The notes: generated by a model not told the origin, from the letters alone. A DNA stretch of 64,000 bases from Candidatus Sulfomarinibacteraceae bacterium (GCA_963796455.1 CAWCLO010000010.1:512001-576000); one strand, 5' to 3'. Shown: positions 42,106 to 51,693, numbered from the stretch's first letter. Numbers and translations are program-made.

Positions 42106-43385
42106 CCAACCTCCCCACCGGCGCGGCGGATCATCTCGTCAACCGTTGCTGCGATCCGCGCACCATGACGAATGCGTTCGAGTTTGTGTTCGGCTGCCAG
42201 ATTCGCTTTGTGTTCCGAGGGAGGCAGTCCCTCCCGCGCCGCCTCGGCCGCGATGTAGGTGTCCACATCCGCTTCGGGCACCGCAACCTCCCACGCCTTG
42301 GCGAGTTGCTCGAGAACGAGGGTGTCGAGGACCTCCTGCCGCGCCGCCGGCTCGGCCTTGGCCGCCAACTCCTGCCAGTCGATCTTTTCGGGGTCGACCT
42401 GGATCCCCTGCATTGCCATCGTATAGGCATATCTATCAAGCTGCTCATGCAGCGTCTGTTGAACGAGGGTGGGTGGGAGCTCGCCCTGATCGATTCCGTT
42501 CTGGAGGTGTTCGAGGATGAACTTTCGCCACGCGGTGCGACGGTCGGAGCGTTTCTTTTGCGTGAGCATCTCGCTCACCCGCTGCCGCAACTCCTCGAGG
42601 TTTTCCAGACCGACAGTGGTCGCGAGGTCATCGTCGATCTCAGGCAGGGCTTTGCGCTTGATGGCCTTCACAGCGATCGTGTAGGTGACCGTTTTGCCGG
42701 CTTTATCCTTGTCCTCGAGGTCATCGGGCAGGCTTTTGGTGGCATTTCGTGTGTCGCCGACCTTGGCTCCCTGAAGGGCCTCACTGATCTCGGGCGGAAC
42801 CGATTCCGAGCCGATGATGATCTGCGCCCCCTCTTCCTTGTAGGGCTCATCCTCGCTGTCTTCGACCGCCCCTTCGAGATCGACCTCGGCCAGGAGACCA
42901 TCGGCGGCCTCATCATCCTCGGCCGGCTCCCACACGGCGTGTTCTTCCTGGAGTTTGGCCAGCTCGGCATCGATTTCGTTGTCACCGACCTCCAGGGAGG
43001 CCTCGGGAAGGTCGAGCTCTCCGAGTTCGGAGAGTTCGTAGTTTGGCCGCACCTCGAGCTCGGCGGTCATCTGAAAACCGCCGTCTTCGCCAAACTCCAG
43101 ACTGTTGACCTGCGGATTGGTCAGCGGCTGAATCTCGTCTTCACCATCGAAGACCTCGCGCCACAGAACACCCGTCAGGTGTTCCTGAAGCTCCTCCTGT
43201 ATCTCATCAGCAAAGCGCGCCCGGATCGCTGCCGCCGGCGCCTTGCCGGCGCGAAACCCAGGGACGCTGGCTTTCGAACGAATCGTCCGTACGATCCCGT
43301 CACGTTCGCGGGCAACCGCGTCGGGTTCCAGCGTGGCGGAAATCTCAAGTGTGTGGTTGGCTTTGTGGGTCACGTTGTAGGGCAT
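42102..43385 (-). CDS. tig: Trigger factor
   Basis: PGFRAGKAP ribosome-binding loop; precedes clpP; true start ATG 43385. Confidence 0.92.
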   Translation of the reverse strand: MPYNVTHKANHTLEISATLEPDAVARERDGIVRTIRSKASVPGFRAGKAPAAAIRARFADEIQEELQEHLTGVLWREVFDGEDEIQPLTNPQVNSLEFGEDGGFQMTAELEVRPNYELSELGELDLPEASLEVGDNEIDAELAKLQEEHAVWEPAEDDEAADGLLAEVDLEGAVEDSEDEPYKEEGAQIIIGSESVPPEISEALQGAKVGDTRNATKSLPDDLEDKDKAGKTVTYTIAVKAIKRKALPEIDDDLATTVGLENLEELRQRVSEMLTQKKRSDRRTAWRKFILEHLQNGIDQGELPPTLVQQTLHEQLDRYAYTMAMQGIQVDPEKIDWQELAAKAEPAARQEVLDTLVLEQLAKAWEVAVPEADVDTYIAAEAAREGLPPSEHKANLAAEHKLERIRHGARIAATVDEMIRRAGGEVG

Positions 43386-43416
43386 CTGAACTCCGGTGGT
43401 CCGGTGGGATTCGACG

Positions 43417-43503
43417 TGGTGCGAAAGGGGGGATTCGAACCCCCACGGGGGGGACCCCACGAGATCCTAAGTCTCGCGCGTCTGCCAGTTCCGCCACTTT
43501 CGC
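43417..43503 (-). tRNA. tRNA-Leu(TAG)
   Basis: Cloverleaf, CGAGA-CT-TAG-GA-TCTCG anticodon arm, long variable arm, CCA end. Confidence 0.95.
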
Positions 43504-43515
43504 TTACTGAAGAAC

Positions 43516-43591
43516 TGGTGAGCCGTGGAGGAATCGAACCTCCAACCTAGTGATTAAGAGTCACTTGCTCTGCCAATTGAGCTAACGGCCC
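43516..43591 (-). tRNA. tRNA-Lys(CTT)
   Basis: AGTGA-CT-CTT-AA-TCACT anticodon arm, GTTCGATTC T-loop, CCA end. Confidence 0.95.
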
Positions 43592-43604
43592 ATAACCGAC
43601 GGTC

Positions 43605-43633
43605 ACTATACGGAAAAACCCGCTGATGAGCAA
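43605..43633 (-). promoter_or_regulatory. Promoter of tRNA-Lys/tRNA-Leu/tig
   Basis: TTGCTC-N17-TATAGT on the minus strand. Confidence 0.6.
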
Positions 43634-43808
43634 GCTATTTCCCGCGTCAGCGTCCCCGTGGATACAGGATGCAGGATGCAGGATCACTCTTGTCCAAGAC
43701 CGGGTCTCGGATAGCGTGCAGGAACAGCGACAGGGAACAGCGGACGGCGGCAGCGTTCAGTAGCCAGCGGCAGCGACCAGCGGCCGGGGCAGCGTCAGCG
43801 AACAACCC

Positions 43809-44162
43809 TTACTTGGTCGGGTTCAAGAGCCGCCACGTCATCGCGCGGACTTGATCGAAGGCGTTCATCGTTTCACGGGCTCCGTTCGGGCTGATCGCCC
43901 CGGCGTCGGCGAGGATCTGCAAGTGGCTGTCGACCTCTTTGGCCGAGGCGTAGGCGATTCTCCAGTGGTTCAAACGGTCTCTACCGAAACGGCCGTGGCC
44001 TTCTGCCGGGTTCGCAGGGACTGAACTCGCCGATCGGACTACCTGATCGGCTATGGATTTCAGCGGAGCTGGAACCCTCATCACGAGTTTGATCGCGATG
44101 CCTGCTGATTCGAGGGCTTTCGAGTGGGCAACGAGGTTGGTGGTCGTGGCGGCGTTGGACAT
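43809..44162 (-). CDS. Four helix bundle protein (23S rRNA IVP/Avd-like family)
   Basis: DQVVRSASSVPANPAEGHGR motif; GGAGG-TGACC-ATG; 18 of 117 aa differ from copy 1. Confidence 0.85.
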   Translation of the reverse strand: MSNAATTTNLVAHSKALESAGIAIKLVMRVPAPLKSIADQVVRSASSVPANPAEGHGRFGRDRLNHWRIAYASAKEVDSHLQILADAGAISPNGARETMNAFDQVRAMTWRLLNPTK

Positions 44163-44299
44163 GGTCACCTCCGGGTCGTTCATGCCCATTCCCACAAGCC
44201 GGTGTGGTGGCCGATGTCAAGGATGCCCTGCACCCTGCCTGTCCTTGACATCGGCCGCCCACCGGCTACGCCTTTCGTTGAACGACCCGGAGGTGACCA
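44162..44299 (-). ncRNA. 138-nt leader hairpin of cassette copy 2
   Basis: Perfect 21-bp outer stem TGGTCACCTCCGGGTCGTTCA/TGAACGACCCGGAGGTGACCA plus long inner stem. Confidence 0.7.
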
Positions 44300-44594
44300 C
44301 GCCGTCGCTGCACCTGATCGCTGTTCACTGTCCCTGCCGCTGATCGCTGACGCTGTTCCCTGTCGCTGCCGCTGACTACTGTTCGCTGACGCTGTCCCTG
44401 ATCACTGTCGCTGCCGCTGTAATTCGGGATCGGGATCGGGATCGGACACGGGCAACCGCGAACCGGAAATGCCACAAACCAACCCGTAAACCACGTGTTG
44501 TCAGGTGGGTAACCTCACCTGACGGCTTTTCAAGGGTGGTGTGTGATGAATCCTGAATCCTGCGCCCTGAATCTTGTACCTGGGTTGGCGGGCG

Positions 44595-45293
44595 CTACTT
44601 GTGCACCAGATGCTTCATCTCCGACTGGCCGAGGTCGGATTCGGCACTGATGACGACCGCGGAGGTGCCACCGGAGAACCCGGGCATCGTGATTTCCGAT
44701 GAGAAGCCCCCGGAGGAATCGGTTTCACCCTCGGCCAGGACGAGGCGGCGCGGTTCGGCGGTCGATTTGAAGAGCACCGACACCCGGACTCCCGCCTGTG
44801 GTTGATGGCCGAGCGAGTCGACGGCAACCACATTGATCTTGGCCTCCTGGCCGTAAACAAATTCGTGCTCGCCGGCTGCGCGCAAAATCAGGTGGGCCTT
44901 GCCGCGCTGGGACTCCAGATAATCCAATATCACCTGGTCGAGGGACTGTTCCTCTCCATCGGTTTCGATGGGCGCTTCGATCTGACCGCTGGTGATGGTC
45001 GTGTCATCTTCATTTGGCACCTGTTCGATGGTGCCCGTGAGTCGTCCCAGCCCACCGGTTTGAACAGCGTCCACGATGGCCCGGTGTTGCCGTTCCATCA
45101 TGGTGGCAATGGCTTCGTTCTCCACGTGCTGCTCCACCAGATCGTGGTACGGCGTTCGCCGGGTGTAGAGGATTTCTCCGCTGGTGTAGACGAGGGATTC
45201 GACGAGGGGATTGGACCGCCCTTTGTCCTCGGTCTGCACATGGTACGTGGTGCCCGAGTAATCGATATCCGTGTTATACCCAGTCAGAACCAC
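44595..45293 (-). CDS. Conserved hypothetical protein
   Basis: TGYNTDIDYSGTTYHVQTED N-terminal domain and beta-rich C-terminal domain; GGAGGGG SD. Confidence 0.7.
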   Translation of the reverse strand: MVLTGYNTDIDYSGTTYHVQTEDKGRSNPLVESLVYTSGEILYTRRTPYHDLVEQHVENEAIATMMERQHRAIVDAVQTGGLGRLTGTIEQVPNEDDTTITSGQIEAPIETDGEEQSLDQVILDYLESQRGKAHLILRAAGEHEFVYGQEAKINVVAVDSLGHQPQAGVRVSVLFKSTAEPRRLVLAEGETDSSGGFSSEITMPGFSGGTSAVVISAESDLGQSEMKHLVHK

Positions 45294-45511
45294 GTTGACT
45301 CAATCCCCTCCAAATAAAAGACTAGCGCGGAGTGCGCTGATGGTCAATCCGGGGTCTCGTCACCCTTGGAGCGATCACACCCCGGCTTGGTCAACACCGC
45401 CCGCGGCATTCGCTCGCGATGTGGCGGTTTCTGGCGGGAAATCGGACCCCGCCCGCGGTTCATCGGTCGCCCCGTTTCTTCGAAAGCCTCGGGTGGCCTT
45501 ACAATCAGGCC

Positions 45512-45931
45512 ATGGCGGAGCTCTGTGTGCTTTTCATATGTATCGGCAATAGTTGCCGCTCACCGATGGCCGAGGCCATGACGCGGCAATTGGGCGGCCC
45601 CGGGGTCGATGCGCGCTCCGCCGGGTTGGCTCCTGCCGGGTGGGTCGCCGAGCGGACCATCCAGACACTCGATCGCCTCGGCTACGATTCGGAAGATCTT
45701 CATTCAAAGGGCATCGATGACGTCGACACGGACGACGTGGACATCGTGGTTTCCCTGCTTGGCGACGAAATGCCCGACCTCCTGCCACGCTGCGGCGGTG
45801 CCCGGCGGGAACAATGGCCGGTCTACGACCCCTTTGGCGAGGATGAAGCCACCTACCTCGAGGTCGCGCGGCAGATCGAGAGTCGAGTCCGCCGGCTTCT
45901 CGACGAAGAGCTCGAGGCGGAACTTCTCTGA
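45512..45931 (+). CDS. LMW protein-tyrosine phosphatase/arsenate reductase family
   Basis: CIGNSCRS P-loop, SAG, DPFG. Confidence 0.85.
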   Translation: MAELCVLFICIGNSCRSPMAEAMTRQLGGPGVDARSAGLAPAGWVAERTIQTLDRLGYDSEDLHSKGIDDVDTDDVDIVVSLLGDEMPDLLPRCGGARREQWPVYDPFGEDEATYLEVARQIESRVRRLLDEELEAELL

Positions 45932-45960
45932 CGCTGATATCTCTCACTGATCAGGACGGC

Positions 45961-46485
45961 GTGTGGCAAACTGGGCTCGTGGAATTCAACGAAGTGTACG
46001 AGCGCTTTCGCACGCCGGTGTGGCGGCTCGCTCTGCGACTCACACGATCCGAGGAGGAGGCGCTCGACACGACGCAGGAGATATTCCTGCGGGTATGGCG
46101 CGGCCTGCCGGGTTTTCGAGGAGAGGCAAAGATCTCGACATGGGTGTTTCAAATTGCCTGGAACTATCTCCGGGCATATCGGCGGAAGAAGGGACGGCAG
46201 TTGCAGGTGTTCAGTGAACCCCGCGAGGATCCGCGTCTGGCTGCGGTTGAGGTCCGCGACCCTGCACCCGATCCCGAGCGCCGGGCGGCTTCGGTTGAAA
46301 TGCTCGATGCCGTGGAGGCCGCTCTTCGTCGTCTTCCCGAGCACTATCGGGTCATCATCTGGTTGCGCGATGGTGAAGACCTCAGTTATCAAGAAATCGC
46401 CGAAGTTCTCGATGTGCCGATCGGCACCGTTCGCTCAAGGCTCGCGCGGGCCCGGGACTCTCTGCGGCGGCTGGTGGAGGCGTGA
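45961..46485 (+). CDS. ECF RNA polymerase sigma factor
   Basis: DTTQEIFLRVW, STWVFQIAWN, SYQEIAEVLDVPIGTVRSRL. Confidence 0.92.
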   Translation: MWQTGLVEFNEVYERFRTPVWRLALRLTRSEEEALDTTQEIFLRVWRGLPGFRGEAKISTWVFQIAWNYLRAYRRKKGRQLQVFSEPREDPRLAAVEVRDPAPDPERRAASVEMLDAVEAALRRLPEHYRVIIWLRDGEDLSYQEIAEVLDVPIGTVRSRLARARDSLRRLVEA

Positions 46486-47552
46486 TGGACGACCCTACAA
46501 ACGAACGCCTCAGCCGCTATCTCGATGGTGATCTCGGTCCGGATGAAGCGCGCGAGTTCGCGGCCCAGGTGGCGTCCGATCCGCGCCTCAGAAACAGATT
46601 GCGCGAGATCGAGGAGACCCGGTCCGCTCTCGGCGCCATGGCCGCCCGTGATCAGCCACCCCTCGAGCTCGACCGGGTCATCGAGCCGCTGCTGCGGAGC
46701 GCCCCGGTCAGGGTGGGGGCTCGACCGTGGGTGCGGTGGTTGGCCACCGCGGCAGCCGTCGTGCTTGGTGTGACGGTGATCACGCAGGTCAACCGGCAGG
46801 GAATCGGTCCGACGATGCCCTTGGAGCGATCCACCAGATCCCAGGGAGCGCCGGCCGAGCCGACCGAGAGGTTCGCGCTCGCTCCCCTCCCCACAAGCTC
46901 GCTTCCGATCGACGAGCAACCGGTTGGTGCCGGCGATCGTTTGATCGCGAGCCCCGTCCCGGAAATGGTGTTCGAGGAATCCCCCGCCCTCGAGGTCATC
47001 GGGCCGCTGGAGTCAGCGCCCGAAACGGAGGAAAAGACAGACCTCATGGATCATGACCAGACTTCGACCGGCTACAACATGGTTGCCGACCAGGCCGTCG
47101 CCGCCCCGGCGCCCGGCCGCAGCCATGAAACCGCCACGATGAGAATCCTTGTTCCATCGCCCCCCCCGTCGAAGGAAGAATTCGATACGGCGCAAAAATC
47201 AGCGGCAGCGGCCCCTGAATCGGCACCCGCCGGCAAGGACTCGGTTGCAGATGGCCTCGGCTCCCGCCAACCTGCAATGCAGGCTCAACTCTTCATCTTT
47301 GACGAGGACCGAACGGAGTGGCGGGATTTTGAACCCACAGACCGTTGTAAGAATGGTCGCTACGCGCTGCGGGTTCGTGTCGAGGGCGGTCGGGTTGTGG
47401 AGGTCTGGCCGGTTGGGGCAGCCACATCGAGGGCGCCGCAAGAGCGGCTGTGTGCCGCGGGCCTGGTGACGGATCTCGAGATGACTGACGTCCCGGATGG
47501 TGAATACCACGCCGAGGTCGTCATCGAGGTGGGAAGCCCCGGCGGGCGGTAG
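46482..47552 (+). CDS. Transmembrane anti-sigma factor
   Basis: LSRYLDGDL anti-sigma N-terminus, one TM helix, overlaps the sigma stop. Confidence 0.75.
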   Translation: MMDDPTNERLSRYLDGDLGPDEAREFAAQVASDPRLRNRLREIEETRSALGAMAARDQPPLELDRVIEPLLRSAPVRVGARPWVRWLATAAAVVLGVTVITQVNRQGIGPTMPLERSTRSQGAPAEPTERFALAPLPTSSLPIDEQPVGAGDRLIASPVPEMVFEESPALEVIGPLESAPETEEKTDLMDHDQTSTGYNMVADQAVAAPAPGRSHETATMRILVPSPPPSKEEFDTAQKSAAAAPESAPAGKDSVADGLGSRQPAMQAQLFIFDEDRTEWRDFEPTDRCKNGRYALRVRVEGGRVVEVWPVGAATSRAPQERLCAAGLVTDLEMTDVPDGEYHAEVVIEVGSPGGR

Positions 47553-47683
47553 GCCGGAGACGCTGGGTCCCAGAACCCTCTCTTTTCCCAGGAACGCACC
47601 GGGGTGACCGGCAACGGGCCCGACCCGAACCTACAAGATCCGAGCCAGCCCGCACCTCTTACCAGGTTTCGTCGCAGGGCAGG

Positions 47684-48019
47684 CTAAAAGCTCCCCAACG
47701 CCTCGCGTTCGTCGTCAAAAACGTCAAAAACGGTGATCAACTGAGTGACCTGAAGAATATCGGTGATCTTGGGTGAAAGATGCATCAGTTTGAGCTGTCC
47801 ACCGCGCTTGGTGACCGTTGTGTAACAGGCCACCATCTCGCCGATTCCGGATGAATCGATCGCGGTCACGCCACCGAGATCGAAGACGACCTTGGTGATG
47901 TCCTCCTCGAGGGCCTGCGCCACCAATTCACGAATTTTGACGTCACCGGTGCCGATTGTGATCTTGCCGCTGAGCTCGATGATTCGAATGTCGCCGAGGT
48001 CACGGGTGCTGCTTTTCAT
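47684..48019 (-). CDS. STAS-domain anti-sigma factor antagonist (RsbV/SpoIIAA-like)
   Basis: DLGGVTAIDSSGIG phospho-Ser motif. Confidence 0.9.
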   Translation of the reverse strand: MKSSTRDLGDIRIIELSGKITIGTGDVKIRELVAQALEEDITKVVFDLGGVTAIDSSGIGEMVACYTTVTKRGGQLKLMHLSPKITDILQVTQLITVFDVFDDEREALGSF

Positions 48020-48070
48020 TTCGTACTCCTTTGGTCGAAAGCTGATCGGTGACCTGCGCTGGAGGCCCCG

Positions 48071-48517
48071 TCACGATCCATTCTCGTCGTTTTTCTTGAG
48101 GTCGCGTACCATGACGACAGCCGTACCACCCGACGGGGCGCGGCCGATCTCGACATGGTCCATGAACTGTCGCATGTAAAAGATACCGCGTCCACTGGGG
48201 CGCAGCAAATTCTCGGGGTCGGTGGGATCCGGGACGTCTTTCGGATCGAATCCGTCGCCCTCATCCTCGATTCTGATGGTCACGGTGGAATCGTTCACCT
48301 CGTACTCGAGATGGACATTTCGTTTGGGATCCTGCCGGTTGCCGTGGCGGACCGCATTGGCAACAGCCTCCCGCAACGCCGTCGTCAACCAGTACTCGCT
48401 ATCTTCGCTACAACCGGCTCGCTGACACAGATCGACGAGAGCGCGCTCGGCGACCTCGATATTGTCGAAGCGGCTCGCGAGCACGAGGCTGGCTTTCAAA
48501 TGTATATCGGCAACCAT
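48071..48517 (-). CDS. RsbW-like anti-sigma Ser/Thr kinase (HATPase_c_2)
   Basis: EAVANAVRHG, DEGDGFD, GRGIFYM. Confidence 0.9.
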   Translation of the reverse strand: MVADIHLKASLVLASRFDNIEVAERALVDLCQRAGCSEDSEYWLTTALREAVANAVRHGNRQDPKRNVHLEYEVNDSTVTIRIEDEGDGFDPKDVPDPTDPENLLRPSGRGIFYMRQFMDHVEIGRAPSGGTAVVMVRDLKKNDENGS

Positions 48518-48559
48518 CAGACGGCACAGTATAACAACGGCAAGTACCTACCCAGGGAC

Positions 48560-48928
48560 TCAGTCGTTGTCCGTGGTTTCCTCGGCGTCGCCTTCGCTCG
48601 CCGGTTCCACCATCTGTAAAACCCATTTGTGGAAGTTTGGCTCGGCCGCCGTGATCGGCAGGGAGAGAATCTCGGGCAACTCGTAAGAGTGAAACTCCCG
48701 AATCGCCGCAGAGACGTCATCAAAGAACCTTTTGGGGGTTTTGATCAACAATAGGTACTCGGTGTCCTCGCACACCTTCCCCTTCCAACGATAAATGGAC
48801 CGCAGGCAGGGAACGATATTGACGCAGGTGGCGAGCCGTCGAGCAATGAGCTCTTCGGAGATCTCCACTGCCTGTTGCTCGGTACCGACGGAGGTCATTA
48901 TGAGCGTGATCTTCTCGAGATCGGTCAT
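48560..48928 (-). CDS. cutA: Divalent cation tolerance protein CutA
   Basis: LATCVNI, SIYRWKG, HSYELPEI. Confidence 0.92.
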   Translation of the reverse strand: MTDLEKITLIMTSVGTEQQAVEISEELIARRLATCVNIVPCLRSIYRWKGKVCEDTEYLLLIKTPKRFFDDVSAAIREFHSYELPEILSLPITAAEPNFHKWVLQMVEPASEGDAEETTDND

Positions 48929-48934
48929 GGTCGA

Positions 48935-48963
48935 ACGCTAGCTGAGATATCCGGGTGAGTCAA
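48935..48963 (-). promoter_or_regulatory. Promoter of cutA (leaderless)
   Basis: TTGACT-N17-TAGCGT-N6-ATG. Confidence 0.6.
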
Positions 48964-48971
48964 GGTCTTGC

Positions 48972-49580
48972 TCAGTAGTGGCGGAGCAGACCGACCACTA
49001 CACCCTGGACGCTGACTTCACGCGCAGGAACGATCATCGTCGGCAAATCCGGGTTGGAGGGTTGCAGGCGGATGGTCGAGTCCTTTTCGCGATAGATCCT
49101 TTTGAGGGTGACCTCATCGGCAACCCTGGCCACGACCATCTCTCCATCGGTGGCGGTTTCGGTCTGTTGCACCACGACGAGGTCGCCGTCGTGAACCCCG
49201 TCACCGATCATCGAGTCGCCACGAACACGCAACACATAGTGCGAACCACCGCGGAGAAAATCGGTCGGGACCGAAATCCGCTCGTCATCAGGGATACTCT
49301 CGATCGGCGATCCGGCCGCAACCACACCGTAAAGCGGCACCTCGGCGGCGCCGACCTGGTTGGCGGGCCCGGAGGCCAGCACGAGACCTCGCTTCTGGTG
49401 TTTTTGGCGGGCGAGAAATCCCTTGCGCTCGAGATGTGCAACGTGTTTTTGAGCACTTGCAGTGCTCCGAAAACCGAATTCGGTGGCGATTTCCTGAAGA
49501 GTCGGGGCGACGCCGTCGTTTTCGATCCGATCCTCGATGAATCGGAGAACATCACGCTGGCGCTCGGTCAGATAGGTCAT
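48972..49580 (-). CDS. lexA: LexA repressor
   Basis: LTERQ, PTLQEIA wHTH; VAAG cleavage site; GDSM Ser and TLKR Lys. Confidence 0.95.
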   Translation of the reverse strand: MTYLTERQRDVLRFIEDRIENDGVAPTLQEIATEFGFRSTASAQKHVAHLERKGFLARQKHQKRGLVLASGPANQVGAAEVPLYGVVAAGSPIESIPDDERISVPTDFLRGGSHYVLRVRGDSMIGDGVHDGDLVVVQQTETATDGEMVVARVADEVTLKRIYREKDSTIRLQPSNPDLPTMIVPAREVSVQGVVVGLLRHY

Positions 49581-49599
49581 GGATTCAACCCCCACCATG

Positions 49600-49628
49600 A
49601 CCATAGGTGATAATAAGGCGTAAGTCAA
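49600..49628 (-). promoter_or_regulatory. lexA promoter
   Basis: TTGACT-N17-TATGGT. Confidence 0.6.
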
Positions 49629-49633
49629 CGCGG

Positions 49634-49676
49634 TTTCACCGAGAGGGCACATCGGGAGTGTGCCCTCTCGGTGAAA
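49634..49676. terminator. Hairpin/terminator downstream of tRNA-Pro
   Basis: 18-bp perfect inverted repeat TTTCACCGAGAGGGCACA/TGTGCCCTCTCGGTGAAA. Confidence 0.65.
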
Positions 49677-49683
49677 TATAAAA

Positions 49684-49760
49684 TGGTCGGGGCGAGTGGA
49701 CTTGAACCACCGGCCTCACGGTCCCGAACCGTGCGCTCTACCAGACTGAGCTACGCCCCG
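49684..49760 (-). tRNA. tRNA-Pro(CGG)
   Basis: CACGG-TT-CGG-GA-CCGTG anticodon arm, CCA end. Confidence 0.95.
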
Positions 49761-49832
49761 CCGGGCGGCTACTCTAGCCAAATACCTCGCGCGATGCAAG
49801 CGACTTTTTTTTAAGCCCTTGTGGGCGAACGC

Positions 49833-51170
49833 TCAGAGACCGAAAAGCGTCGCCAGAATGAGCGCGATCGACACCGGGCAGACGAAGCGCACAAAGAACT
49901 TCCAGACCGGGGCGAGGCGTTCGAACAGGGACGACGTGGATGCGATCTCTGCCGCGGCGCGATCGAGCCGCCAGACAAAAATCCCAAACAGACAGAGCAT
50001 CAGCGAACCAAAGGCGAGGGACAGATTGCCCCAGATGAAGTCCATGACGTTCAAGAAACCGGTCTGGCCGATCCATTGCAGCGAGGAGAAAGGATCGATG
50101 CCCGCCACGTCCAGTGCCGAAGGAAGTCCGACAAAAAGGGTCGCGCCGCTGACTACCCAGACGGCCTTGGCGCGTGACCACGACAACTCGTCGACGAAAT
50201 ACGCCGTCACGACCTCCAGCAGAGAAACCGTTGAGGTCAGGGCCGCAACACTCAAAAGAAAAAAGAAGATCAATGCGACCCCGGTGCCGCCGGCCATTTC
50301 TGCGAAGACCGCGGGAAGGATCTGGAAGATCAGGGTGGGGCCGGCGGCGGGATCCTGGCCGAGGGCAAAAACCGCCGGAAAGATCATCAACCCGGCAAAG
50401 ATCGCGATCAGGGTGTCAAAGACCACGACCCAGGTTCCGCAGCGGAGAATGTCCTGTTTCTTCGAAAGATAGGAACCATAGGTGAGCATGGCGCCCATGC
50501 CGAGCGACAGAGAAAAGAACGCCTGCGCCATGGCACTGAGTACGACCCGGCCGTCGATTTTGGACAGGTCCGGCATCAGAAACCACCGCACCCCTTCCAT
50601 CGATCCCGGAAGCATGAGCCCGCGCACAATCACACCGAGCATCGTCACCAGCAGGAGCGGCATCAGGATCTTCGCCCACCGTTCGATCCCACGCTGCACA
50701 CCCCCGATCACAACCAATACCGTCAGCACGAGGAAAAATGCGAAGTACGCGACCGTGGCCGTTGCCGAACCCCCATAAACTTCGGGCGTACCCTGAACCA
50801 GGGCCTGTCCATAGGACACACAGAAGGCCACGACCTTGCCGGCGATCACTGCATAATAAGACAGGATGCCGAGCCCGGTCAGGAGCGCGAGATAACCGAG
50901 GTGGCGCCAACGGGTGCCCGGACGAATGGCGAGAAACGCACCAACCGGGTTCTTCTGGGTGGCGCGACCCAGGCTGATTTCCAACAACATGACGGGGAGC
51001 GCGATAAAGACCACACACACCAGATAGATGAGGACGAAGGCCCCGCCGCCGCTCTCTCCGGCGACATATGGAAAGCGCCAGATGTTGCCGAGGCCCACGG
51101 CCGAACCGGCAGCCGCAAGAACAAAACCGAGCTGCGAACTCCACTCTCCACGACCTGATGGTGCGCTCAC
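49833..51170 (-). CDS. Sodium-dependent transporter (NSS/SNF family)
   Basis: GSAVGLGNIWRFPY, QAFFSLSLG. Confidence 0.93.
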   Translation of the reverse strand: MSAPSGRGEWSSQLGFVLAAAGSAVGLGNIWRFPYVAGESGGGAFVLIYLVCVVFIALPVMLLEISLGRATQKNPVGAFLAIRPGTRWRHLGYLALLTGLGILSYYAVIAGKVVAFCVSYGQALVQGTPEVYGGSATATVAYFAFFLVLTVLVVIGGVQRGIERWAKILMPLLLVTMLGVIVRGLMLPGSMEGVRWFLMPDLSKIDGRVVLSAMAQAFFSLSLGMGAMLTYGSYLSKKQDILRCGTWVVVFDTLIAIFAGLMIFPAVFALGQDPAAGPTLIFQILPAVFAEMAGGTGVALIFFFLLSVAALTSTVSLLEVVTAYFVDELSWSRAKAVWVVSGATLFVGLPSALDVAGIDPFSSLQWIGQTGFLNVMDFIWGNLSLAFGSLMLCLFGIFVWRLDRAAAEIASTSSLFERLAPVWKFFVRFVCPVSIALILATLFGL

Positions 51171-51286
51171 TCAAGACCCCCCATATGCGGAAATGGCGAC
51201 ATCCCGTCCGTGAGACGGTGTCTCCATGCAAAACCTAGTTGGTCGACACCACCGTGTCAAACGGTCGGGGGCTCAGCGACACGCCC

Positions 51287-51693
51287 TCAGGCGTCGGTCC
51301 CGGAGGTTGCGTTGATCCGCGCTTCGGCCAACCGCAGCGCCGCGTCGACCTCGTCGAAATTTTCGGCGGAGGCCGTCTTGAGCTGCTCCTGCGCTTCGCT
51401 GAGCGCGGTCCGCGCCGCACCCACATCGATCTCGTCGATGGTTTCGGCGACCGTCGCGAGCACGGTGACCGCATCCGGCTGAATCTCGGCAAAGCCGCCC
51501 TGAATCACAACTCGACCGGTTGTAGCGCCATCGGAAAACTTCACTTCGCCGGTGCCGAGAGACGTCAAGAGGGGGGTGTGGCCGGGCAGGATTCCGAGCT
51601 CTCCGAGCGCACCGGGAATTCTGACCTCGGAGGCCCGGCCCTCGAGCACCCGGCGGGAAGGGGTCACAACCTCAAGTCGCAGGGTATCGGCCA

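Larger units (their letters stand above)
43661..44594 (-). mobile_element. Four-helix-bundle cassette, copy 2 (putative non-autonomous element)
   Basis: Homologous to 22211-23295; inverted heptamer flanks (GATGCAG)n and (GAATCCT)n. Confidence 0.7.

Noticed and set aside
43386..43460. N-terminal extension of the trigger factor ORF
   Set aside because: It runs into tRNA-Leu; the real start is ATG 43385.
43516..43660. tRNA-targeted integrative island next to tRNA-Lys
   Set aside because: The cassette lies on the promoter side, with no duplicated tRNA 3' end and no integrase.
47553..47683. SRP RNA, 6S RNA or hammerhead ribozyme call
   Set aside because: It lacks the SRP GGAA-loop/AGCAG motif, a clear 6S bubble and the CUGAUGA core; kept only as an unnamed hairpin.
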